The position numbers and the translations under genes are program-made. This document shows positions 22,445 to 33,767 of a stretch of DNA of 37,021 nucleotides, one piece after another (the stretch's first letter is position 1; each line of letters opens with the position of its first letter). Under the pieces are notes generated by a model that was given only the letters and a program-made list of their open reading frames with translations, was not told where the DNA came from and made no database searches. This DNA comes from Catajapyx aquilonaris. Its lineage: Eukaryota. The DNA lies in NCBI GenBank assembly GCA_000934665.2, contig JYFJ02003836.1:1-37021 (forward strand), written 5' to 3'.

Positions 22445-23847
22445 GAATTAGTTTTTTTTCTATTTCTATTGTCCCGTGATAACCCGATTTTACCTCGGAT
22501 TTTACGGTTTGTAGGGGAGTGGACTACCGCCATATGTACTTGTGCACTTGTCCAAGTGCATTGTCCAACGCTGGGCCATGTGCAGTCCCCCTGGAGGTTA
22601 GGTTGCCAGGCACCTCCAAGGTGCAGGTCAGAAACCCTCCTGACGCAGGCGAAAGGTAACTCCCAGGCGGGGATCGAACCTGGGACCTTTCACTCGGCAA
22701 GCCGAGACGTTACCATACCGGCCGCGTATTCCCGAACCGTACCACATTCCAGCCCCATGTTAGTATACCCCGCCCCCTGAGCCCTTTTGACCACTCCGAA
22801 GACCCCAGTCCCACCACCCACCCATCCCCCTGCTCACCACCCCGTGCTCACCACCCCCTGCCAACCCCTCTGAGGTCAGTTGATGAGCTTGATGGGTGGG
22901 TGGGGGAGAGAGAGGTGGAGGTGAGGGATACGAAGCAAGTTATAGAGGTCGTATATGGCACAAACATTCGGTGGTATTTTCGTCGTACTAGTTACTTTTA
23001 ACTTAGCAGAACCATAGCATTACACTGGTACTGCTAAGTTAAAAGTAAGTAGTAGTACGATGAAAATTCCACCCATTGTTTTTCTACCGACAACAGCTGC
23101 CACTCAAGTGTTTTTTTTTATTTCTTAAGGTATCGTCCCCCACAAATTTTTCCAAAATTATGCGTAGCGAATTTATTGAGTTTCTCAATAAAATTGTGCT
23201 TCTGTGAATCCGGAATGGAATAAGCACAATAACGACATTGTGATATGTGATGTAAAAACTATGGAAGGAAGGAAATAAATGGAGTTTTGTCAATAACTGT
23301 CTTTCTATCTATTAGCCTCGTGCTTGCAGGTCTGGCGGTCGACTTCCCCATTCCAGGAAGACGAAGGGCCACTTGTCCCTACGTTGGGGGGGAGGGGGTT
23401 TATGGGGGGGGGGAGACCTTTGTGAAGAAAAAAAGAAATTTTTGTTGTTTTTTGGGGGGCAATTGAAGTTTAAAATGACAGACAGCAGGTGACATAAGTA
23501 CGTATTATTCCGTTTGGTCCATCTGTGTTATGGTGGAGAGGGAAAGGCACGGGGACTAGAAAAAATAAAATAAATAGTGGCTGTGAACAAAAGGTTAAGA
23601 GTGACCAAAAATTGTGATCATGCTCGAAAAGCTGCCACATTATTACCTTTGGTGCACGTCTTAATAGCTCTATTGCTCAGCCCATAGGCTTGGGCCAATA
23701 GGAAACATAGGGGCCAATAGGGTGGGTGGGTGGTGGGACTGGGGTCTTCGGATGGTTAAAAGGGCTCAGGGGGGGCGGGGTATACTAACATGGGGCTGGA
23801 ATGTGGTACGGTTCGGGAATACGCATCCCGGCCACCACACCTCCCAC
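22445..23847 (-). mobile_element. SINE family 1 copy interrupted by a nested DNA element
   Basis: Body 22445-22723, head tip 23825-23847. 13-bp TSD TCAACGAGGGAAA at 22432-22444 and 23848-23860. Empty site near 29056. Confidence 0.85.
22724..23824. mobile_element. 1.1-kb non-autonomous Mutator(MULE)-like element
   Basis: ~100-bp TIRs GCGTATTCCCGAACCGTACCACATTCCAGCCCCATG...; 9-bp TSD ATACCGGCC (22715-22723) / ATCCCGGCC (23825-23833), one mismatch; internal hairpin ~22971-23073. Confidence 0.82.
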
Positions 23848-24442
23848 TCAACGAGGGAAATATATTAAGGAATGCAAGAGTATGAAGTGTTCGACAGTTG
23901 TGGTTCACCATATACCGCTACTTGTCATCTCTTGCCAAACTGATTCCTTAAACTAGGCTTTTAATTATTATAATTATTTTGGCATATCAGATGGCACATG
24001 TATTTTTCTAATAAATGTCGCTAAAACTTGTTTCTATCGTGGCTAATAACAATTATTGCAACATGTGAAAGCAGTGTGATTTGCTGTCGACTATATGGAA
24101 TTGTGCAAAGTTAGATTATTATTTTCCTTTCGTGGATGATAACATGAAAACAAACTACTGGTGATATTTTATGCAGTCACTTGCAATACATAGACGTTGT
24201 CAGCTACTTATAAGCTAATTTCCTTGCTAATAACATTGTCGTGTCGAAGGCCAATCACTTTTTAAAACATATGTACTAGATGCGGGTTGCCGTAGACATT
24301 GTCGTGAAACTAATTACGATTAATCCACTTATGTTAATGTAGCAATACTGAGATTGAGCTGTGCAAAAATTACATTTCTAACAAGCCTGACAAGAACAAA
24401 TAATTATGTCCAGTTATATCTGCTTGTGTTTATGGCTGTGGT

Positions 24443-26704
24443 TCACACAAGGCCGCGCTTGATATGGTAGAAAACAACCTTCTCAATGACTGCAGCGACA
24501 ATTGCAGCGCAGTAAGTCAACATGACACCGTAATACAGGCCCTTCATTTGATTGAAATTCAATGCCATTGATGGGGTTTGCCACAAGTGATTTCTAACTC
24601 TAGCCTCGTCGATTTTGAGTACTCGGTGTACAATAAGATAGTATTGTTCGTAATATTCCAACAACCCAGATGCCTCCAGATGAAGAAAAAACTTGTCCAC
24701 ACGTGGAACGAGGATGTCGTGCATGGGAAAAATTAGGGTGCCCAGGTATCTTATGGATGTGTCAATGGACATGGAGAAGGGAAGGTTTCCTTCCATGTCC
24801 AGGAACTCGTAGGCGGCCTCGGTGATGTGCAATTCGCCACTTACACAGGCATAATCTTCTGTTAGGGCTATGTGGAGACACTCGTCGAAGGTCTCAATCA
24901 CTTCCATTGAGTCCCCTAGAGCAATCAGCGATGGTATATCCGACTCGCCGAGTAATACCTTGACAAATAAACTGTGCAGGGGTATACTTCCCCATGACCA
25001 TCCTGAACGACTCACCAACTCTGGTATGTTACTGCAACAGGAAACTATTGTTAGCAGTCAGTTTTAAATTTTAATGAATGAATTAAATTATGCATGGCAG
25101 GTATTCCTACAACGTACCTTGGTAATGACTCGTGATCCGGGTTGGCCAGAAACCCGATCAACTTGGCCGTATATCCACAGGTGATGACCACCGCGAATGT
25201 CCACCAGAGAGAGAGGAACATCCTGGCAGAGTGTGACCTCGGGACAAGGTTTGGGTTCTCCTCGATCAGGGTCAGGAGGACATAGGTCAGGGAGTAAGGG
25301 AAGAGGGGAGGGGAGGGCTTGGGGAAGGGGGAGGTGACCTTCTTGGTGGTGACCAGGAGGAGAAGCCAGAGGAAGAGGCTTCCGATGATGCAGGAGATGG
25401 CGATCAGGAGCCACATTCCGTAGGTGTATGGCCGGATTATCACGTCCCAGGAGTCGACTATTCGTGGTACGCGTTTGACAAATGTGACATGAGAAGAATA
25501 AAAGGGATAAATCATCTCTGTGACCTCCATTGGCTCGCTGAATGCCAGTGTTCCAGGGCAGAAGTCGACTCTCTCGTAAAGAATCTCTCCGACCAAACCT
25601 ATCCATGTCCCGTCGTCCATCTTATTTTCAAGCGGTATTGCGTTTTCCATCTCTACCATCACCAATTCAAAATTCATTAAGGCAGTCATGTCCTTGTAAT
25701 ATAGCTCGTGCTCCCAAACTGTCTTTCTATCGTAGAATCTTTGCCTTACGACATCCCAGTCCTTTTCGAAGTCAGGTAACCCATACAATCCTACCAAAGT
25801 TTTGCCATGTAAGTTGAAGGTAAAATCCAGATATAGTTTGTCTAAGTTGGAGGTGTACTGGTCCACCTCAATCACTTTCGGCTGTCCTTTGTCGCAGAAG
25901 AAGCAGTTCGTCCAGCGTACGTGTGTTTCCATATCCACTACAAGTTTATATCTGCAAGGATGCATTCCAATAATTGTTGCGCAAACTGGGGCATTCTCCA
26001 ATGAGAGTGCGAGGCAAAATTGAAAGGTTTTAAAACAAAATTATACTACTCAAACCAAACTCTACTTAGGTAGAGTTCAAATGGTCACCTTACATGCTTA
26101 TTAGTTATTACAATCATGTCGTCTTATGTACAGTACATCGCTGAGGCGAAGGACACTGAATGAGCACTTACTTGAGATGGCGTGATCGCTGATGAAACAG
26201 GATCTTGTCCGCTCCCCCATCCTTGATGAAGAATAGGAAGAGATGCATCCGGGTGTTGAGGAGGACCGTGGCTGCAGTGGTCTGGATCAGTGAGTCGAAG
26301 TTGTAGTGGTGAAGGAAGAAGACGAACAAAGTGCAATGGGACAAGTGTTTGGCTTCAGGACGATGCAACCAGTCGAACCAGTACGTGACTGGTGCTGTGT
26401 AGTTGACTGTGGGCTCCGTGGCCTCTGTGCTGGTGGAGTCTTCCTGTGGCCCGAGTCTGATGTGCAGAGTAAAGTGTTGGTCATCTGGACTGATGGGCCT
26501 GTCCACCAAGCGAGCCAGTTGGTTGGGCAGACGGGAGTAGTCGTGGGCCAGGACTGTCAGGCAGGTGCTGTCCAGCTGGGTCTGGATGGCCTCCAGAAGG
26601 AGGATCTCTCGCTCAAGTGTCGCGTTGTCACCCTCATCTCCAAGGCGGATTTGGAGGGAAACGGGGGACAGCAGGACCAAAAGGGTGCTCAGGAGAGAAA
26701 ACAT
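24443..26704 (-). CDS. Divergent ionotropic receptor D; exons 26704-26172, 25951-25118, 25031-24443 (651 aa)
   Basis: In-frame GT-AG joins (1956 nt), IR motifs; recent duplicate of gene E including the introns. Confidence 0.9.
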
Positions 26705-29353
26705 TGTCTGCAGAGTGGTCGTAGCAAGTGGTACATTGACTATCTATAACTATAACTGCGGATAAAACAGTACGCTCATCAACTGTGAAAGGACAATTTG
26801 TGTCTATGAATATGACCAGAAGTATTGCTTTGAGATTTAGGCCTAGCAATCCCGTAACCAATCCCTGCTATATTTGTATGTCACAACTCCTGCCCTTCAA
26901 GTACTATTTCGGCATGTGAGGTGCACACGTGCGTGAATTTAAGTGAACGGAAATAAACCGCTCTAGGAAATGAACCACATAATGCTTATCTATATGCTCC
27001 TAATGGAACCTAATTTTACGGTCGAATTATCTTGAGCACACTCGTACACTTTGAATAGGTCTACTGAACTGATTTCTAAAACAATTACCTCTACCAAAAT
27101 ATGCGCAACAGTTTCAGGGCCCACGTGGTACAAAAATGATGAATGTCGGTTTATTGATAGGTTCAGGTTAAAATATAACAAGAAGAACCCTCGCTTCGCG
27201 CGCAATTTTTTATGGTGCAGGCCTAGAAAACCACTCGCTTCGTTGGTTTTTTCTATTCCTGGGGCCTGCGGTTTAAACCTTGTTGTTAATGATGCCCATC
27301 CAACAACTATGCGCATCATATTCTCCTCTCCCCCTCCCTCCCCCTGCATATACGATCATATGCACCATGTCGTCGTGCTGATTCGAACCCGGGAGGTTTG
27401 CAACCCGCCTTTTTGTCACGTTCGATTCTACGTATTCGCCAGTAGTAAGTTTCTGACACTTCACCGAAAGAAGTTGGGTGTAGGCGTGTGCCTCGAAAAC
27501 ATTGTACTGTACTTCCCATCTGTGAAAGTATAGCAAGGGTAGACCTACTCCAGCAGTTCTGAAGCAGTCCAGTTGATGATAAATTTTTAATATTCTTCTA
27601 ATGCTCTTGTGATGATCCTGGGATGTTTTTTTGTTTCTTAAAAGCATAAGAAAGCATTAGAAGAGCATTAAAAATTGATGTTCCATGAGAGACTCACCAG
27701 TAATGCTCTTTTAATGTTTTGTGGTTTACAGTGTAGCTACAGTACTGTACAGTAGCCTATGAAGTATCCATGCGTAAAGACATATCAAGGTAAACCTCTC
27801 CTGATCAAAAAGGTCATCAGAAAATATCAGAAAAACAAGCGCATAAGTATGTAGTTAAGACACTTTCGATGTAAATCGTGCTGCTTACGAAATCCAAGGT
27901 ACAATAAACGTAGACGGTGGGTAATGACAAAACTGTGGCTTTCAGCAGGAGACATTACATATTTATTATTTTCTTATATCCCTTTATTACCGATTGGCTC
28001 TATTTGGAGAAGGAGTACAATAAAGCAGCGAATGTGGCTTATTCAGTTACTTATTCAGATTACAGCATCCTCAGAATAGTCCTAGAAGTAATGTAAATCT
28101 TATTTTTTGTGTGATCGACTGCGACAAATTATAATGGCTCTTAACAATAAGCATTATAAGCATGACATATTCGGTGCTGCCAAATTTAGTGATACTATAT
28201 CTGTGATTACAACATTTTTGTGCTAATATTTGTGTCACAATGGTGAAAAATAATGAAGTATACAACTTGAACCTTCCCTATTGATTACTTATTAACAGAT
28301 CCATATTTGTGTACTACCGTACATTAATATGCTAGTAGCGGATCCGTTGCCAAAGTTTAGCAACACTACTTGGCCCACTCCCCAACTTGGAAGTAGTACT
28401 GTATGACAGGCCCCTACCAGGTGGCTCATAGACTGTCCCTCTGTACCTACTGCCACATGCCGTGCTTATAATAGGGAAGGTAGTACTACATGTCTACATG
28501 CACGTACCAGGGTCCTATAACCAGCACGTGTCTCACCTGAAGTGGAACCAACCCTTCTCTGACCGCCAAATGTTCTCTATAATATATTGTTCAACGGGAA
28601 AAGTGATAAACCTTAGTTAACCTTCTAGACTATTTCTCTCTAACTATTCTAGGAGATGAGTGTTGACGGACATTTAAGCACACAGAGAGGATAATGCTTT
28701 TATTTATGTGATAATTATATATAAGTAGTCCTATAATTGCTGCACAATTTAAGTCAGAGTCAAGCCGCTCTTACTTGAATAAATATATAGTATAGCAAGC
28801 AACCTTGTACGTACAGTATGTTGCAATCGGAAATAATAATTTGCACACAGGTTATGTAAAGGAGGAAATATTGATATATCTAAAGCTACATACAGTATAG
28901 GTCAAGGGTAAGGCAAGAATCCAACGGTCAATGATCAGATTATGTAATCCATTACGTAATTACGTAATGTCACTTTTCCTTCTCTATTTTCAGTATATTT
29001 TTCTCATTTTAAACTTACATCCTCTATTCCTCTTTTCATTTTCCAAAAATTGATTTCAACGAGAAAAATATGTGAACAATTATTGCTACATGTGAAAGCA
29101 GTGTGATTTACTGTTGACTATATCGAATTGTGCTAAGTTAGATTATTATTTCCCTTTCGTGCATGATAACAGGAAACAAACTACTGGTGATATTTTATGC
29201 AGTCACTTCCAATACATATACGTTGTCAGATACTTATAAGCTAATTTCCTTGCTAATAACATTGTCGTGTCGAAGGCCAATCACTTTTCAAAACTAGCCA
29301 CGGGTTACTCATCTGTAATATACAAATTCGTAGACATTGTCGTGAAACTAATT

Positions 29354-29429
29354 GAATCGGTGGTTTTGAAAAGGGCAAGATACCATGCCCTTTTCATGTG
29401 AATATTGCCCTTTTCAAAATGACCGATTC
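29354..29429. mobile_element. 76-bp MITE with 4-bp AATT TSD
   Basis: TIR GAATCGGT..TTTTGAAAAGGGCAA. AATT at 29350-29353 and 29430-29433. The duplicate at ~24306-24320 has one AATT (GAAACTAATTACGAT). Confidence 0.85.
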
Positions 29430-29556
29430 AATTACGATTAATGCACTTGTGTTGATGTAGCAATACTGAGATTGGGCTGTGCAAAAATTACATTTCTAAC
29501 AAGCATGACAAGAACAAATATGCCCAGTTATATCTGCTTGTGTTTATGACGGTGGT

Positions 29557-31812
29557 TCACACACGGCCGCGCTTGTTTTGGTAGAAAACAACCTTCTCAA
29601 TGACTGCAGCGACAATTGCAGCGCAGTAAGTCAACATGACACCGCAATACAGGCCCTTCATTTGATTGAAATTCAATGCCATTGATGGGGTTTGCCACAA
29701 GTGATTTCTAACTCTAGCCTCGTCGATTTTGAGCACTCGGAGTACAGTTAGATAGTACTGTTCGTAATATTCCAGCAACCCTGATGCCTCCAGATGAAGA
29801 AAAAACTTGTCCACACGTGGAACGAGGATGTCGTGCATGGGAAAAATTATGGTGGCCAGGTATCTTATGGACGTGTCGATGGACATGGAGAAGGGAAGGT
29901 TTCCTTCCATGTCCAGGAACTCGTAGGCGGCCTCGGTGATGTGAAATTCGCCACTTACACAGGCATAATCTTCTGTCAGGGCAATCTGAAAACACTCAGC
30001 GAAGGTCTCAATCACTTCCATTGAGTCCCCTAGAGCAATCAGCGATGGTATATCCGACTCGCCTAGTAATATCTTGATAAATAAACTGTGCAGGGGTATA
30101 CTTCCCCATGACCATCCTGAACGACTCACCAACTCTGGTATGGTACTGCAACAGGAAACTATTGTTAGCAGTCAGTTTTATTTTAATGAACGAATTAAAT
30201 TATGCATGGCATGTACTCCTACATCGTACCGTGGTAATGACTCGTGATCCGGGTTGGCCAGAAACCCGATCAACTTGGCGGTGTATCCACAGGTGATGAC
30301 CACTGCGAATGTCCACCAGAGAGAGAGGAACATCCTGGCAGAGTGTGACCTCGGGACAAGGTTTGGGTTCTCCTCGATCAGGGTCAGGAGGACATAGGTC
30401 AGGGAGTAAGGGAAGAGGGGAGGGGAGGGCTTGGGGAAGGGGGAGGTGACCTTCTTGGTGGTGACCAGGAGGAGAAGCCAGAGGAAGAGGCTTCCGATGA
30501 TGCAGGAGATGGCGATCAGGAGCCACATTCCCTTGGTGTACGGTCGGATTAGCACATCCCAGGAGTCGACTATTCGCGGTACGCGTTTGGCAAATGTGCC
30601 ATGAGAAGAGTAAAAGGGATATACCATCTCTGTGACCTCCAGTGGCTCGCTGAATGCCAATGTTCCTGGGCAGAAGTCGACTCTCTCGTAAAGAATCTCT
30701 CCGACCAAACCTATCCATGTCCCGTCGTCCATCTTATTTTCAAGAGGTACCGCGTTTTCCATCTCTACCATCACCAATTCAAAATTTATTAAGGCAGTCA
30801 TGTCCTTGTAAAATAGCTCGTGCTCCCAAACTGTCTTTCTCTCGTAGAACCTTTGCCTTACGACATCCCAGTCCTTTTCGAAGTCCGGGAAACCGTACAA
30901 TCCTACCAAAGTTTTGCCATGTAAGTTGAAGGTAAAATCCGGATATAGTATGTCTAAGTTGGAGGTGTACTGGTCCACCTCGATCACTTTCGGCTGTCCT
31001 TTGTCGCAGAAGAAGCAGTTCGTCCAGCGTACGTGTGTTTCCATATCCACTACAAGTTTATATCTGCAAGGATGCATTCCATGTATAATATTGTTGTACA
31101 AATTGGGGCATTCTCCTATCAGAGTGTGATGCAAAATTGAAGGGTTTTAAAACAAAATAATACTACTCAAACTCTACTTAGGTAGAGTTCAAATGGTCAC
31201 ATTACATGCTTAAGTTATTAGTTATTACAATCATGTCGTCTCATGTGTACATCGCTGAGGCGAAGGACACTGAATGCGCACTTACTTGAGATGGCGTGAT
31301 CGCTGATGAAACAGGATCGTGTCCGCTCCCCCATCTTTGATGAAGAACAGGAAGAGATGCATCCGAGTGTTGAGGAGGACCGTGGCTGCAGTGGTCTGGA
31401 TCAGTGAGTCGAAGTTCTGGTGGTGAAGGAAGAAGACGAACAAAGTGCAATGGGACAAGTGTTTGGCTTCAGGACGATGCAACCAGTCGAACCAGTACGT
31501 CACTGGTGCTGTGTAGTTGACTGTAGTGGCCTCTGTGCTGGTGGAGTCTTCCTGTGGCCCGAGTCTGATGTGCAGAGTAAAGTGTTGGTCATCTGGACTG
31601 ATCGGCCTGTCCACCAAGCGAGCCAGTTGGTTGGGCAGACGGGAGTAGTCGTGGGCCAGGACTGTCAGGCAGGTGCTGTCCAGCTGGGTCTGGATGGCCT
31701 CCAGAAGGAGGATCTCTCGCTCAAGTGTCGCGTTGTCACCCTCATCTTCAAGGCGGATTTGGAGGGAAACGGGGGACAGCAGGACGAAAAGGGTGCTCAG
31801 GAGAGAAAACAT
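29557..31812 (-). CDS. Divergent ionotropic receptor E; exons 31812-31286, 31063-30230, 30145-29557 (649 aa)
   Basis: In-frame GT-AG joins (1950 nt), IR motifs; 6-bp in-frame deletion in exon 1 relative to D. Confidence 0.9.
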
Positions 31813-32669
31813 TGTCTGCAGAGTGGTCGTAACAATTATTGTGCCACAGCTAACGGCAGAGACGTAAGCGGTACTTAAATGACAACTAGTCTCTATATGA
31901 GCAGATTCGGAAATGCTTTGACATTTGACTTTTGATTCCCGTAATTATTACCCCTTGATTGATAAAGCGAAAAACCTATTTGCAAATAATATTTGATTTC
32001 AAATCAAATATTATTCTGGAATATGAAGTGCACCCGTGCAGTAAATATAATAGGCATACAATAAGAAACTGTGTTATTGATATGACATGCTTTAACTGGA
32101 ATCTAATTTTACGCTCGAACTCACGGGGACATTGTTACTCTTCGAATGAGGTATAGTGAGCTTAGTTTTGCTACAATTGGCCTACCGCGGACTACTGAGT
32201 AAATCTCTTTATTTATTGAATTTAGAAATGATAGAAACAAATCACTTTACTATACCACATGTCTAATTGCCTTTTACATGAGAGGACCGCCACATTGTTT
32301 TCTCGCAAACTGTTTTTATAACCACGTAAGATGAGCAAAAGTGAAGCTGAGTTTTTCATGCCTATGGCGATAATATGGATTTTAAAACACAATTTTGTTC
32401 CAATTGCCTACTTACAATAATTATTTCCAACAGAGGCGGGAAGGAAGCTTTAATCATTTTTGTTCTAATTATTTACGAGCGTGACAGATTATAGCAGCAT
32501 AGCCTGTTCTGTCGGCAATCCGTTGTATTACCCCCCCCCCCNCCCCCCTATCTGCGAGTACCAGACCAGGCTCCAGAATTTTTTTATACTATGGTCATGT
32601 GAGGGTAAGGAGGACCTGCACCTCATTATCTGCTGGCACCACTATATTTGGGAAAAGACGGGAGAGATA

Positions 32670-33242
32670 TAGTAAAACTTCTATAAGTCGAATATCCATG
32701 GGACCGGAAAAAACTTCGAGTTATAGAAGATTCGAGTTAGAGACGTTTGGAATTTTTTACGCACAGAAGTCTATGAGGAAGGCAAGGAGGAAGGCTGCCT
32801 TTATATCCAGAGACGAAAGGTGTTCAAAACTTAAAAATAACCGTCACTATCACACAATGTTCCTCACTGTTTTGTTTTTAAAAAATCTCCATTATGGACA
32901 TTTTACCTACTGTTAGATTCGAGGGTGCGATTGTCACAATCGAGTCAAACACTTCTTTCGGTATGTCTGGTAGATCAGGAAATTGAGCATTTCTGTACAT
33001 ATGTGGCTTACTCTCGACCCTTCGGCTGGAAAATGAGAAAATTTTCCGTACTCTTCGACTTAGGGAGACTGAAAATGCATTGATGTCCCATCGTAAGGCC
33101 CTGCCTGCACTTCGAGTTAGAGAAATTCGAGTTGGGGACGTTCATTTCCTATTATTTTACATTCTGACCAACCAAGCTCACGATTTTCTTCTACTTATAG
33201 AAAACTTCGACTTAGGGAAATTCGACTTATAGAAGTTTTGTG
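32670..33242. mobile_element. Tc1/mariner-pogo-like MITE
   Basis: TIR core AAAACTTCTATAAGTCGAAT at both ends, TA flanks, subterminal TTCGA(G/C)TTA repeats; extreme termini degenerate. Confidence 0.75.
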
Positions 33243-33412
33243 TATATGACAAATGTTGATTGACTAGAGCAGTAGTAAATTAATATGCCCAAAATCTGTA
33301 TATTCTGGTGGTCATTATGACTTAAATAGTAGAATTAAAAGGGGAAGATGAACATGTGCATAAATTACAGTAACTTAATTTTGTGCCTATACGAAGAAGG
33401 ATAAAGCAAAAT

Positions 33413-33680
33413 TACCGTCCATGTGACAGGCTTTTTGTCTCACTTCATGTTTTATTCATGTTTCAGGGTACACGAAAAGGACACCTCTGGGATACCTGGT
33501 GCACCTCAGCGGCAGATTTTGGTATGTCCCATCTTACACCTGATCACAAAGGTTGACAAATACGGGTAAGGTCAACAATACATAACTCAATGCCAAACCG
33601 GAGAACAAACCTTGCATTTGTTTTATATTCAGGGACAGGGCTACAACAAGTATTACTTTTTCGGGGCCTCTTTGAGATTA
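33413..33680 (-). repeat. Degenerate tandem copy of the 3' end of gene F (last TM, C-tail, start of 3' UTR)
   Basis: 33413-33680 aligns to 33681-~33955 (TACCGTCCATGTGACAGG...AAACCTTGCATTTGTTTTATATT) with indels. Confidence 0.85.
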
Positions 33681-33767
33681 TACCGTCCATGTGACAGGTT
33701 TTTAGTGTCACTGCATGTTTTATTCAGGGTACACGAAAAGTACACTTCCTGGATACAGGATGCATCT

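Larger units (their letters stand above)
26705..31820. repeat. Segmental duplicate of ~16795-26715 (minus the insertions at 18474-21752 and 22445-23847)
   Basis: Upstream of D (26705-29556) is colinear with upstream of C, and gene E is colinear with gene D. Confidence 0.88.

Noticed and set aside
32530..32548. Poly-C tract containing an N at 32542
   Set aside because: Homopolymer sequencing ambiguity, not a biological feature.
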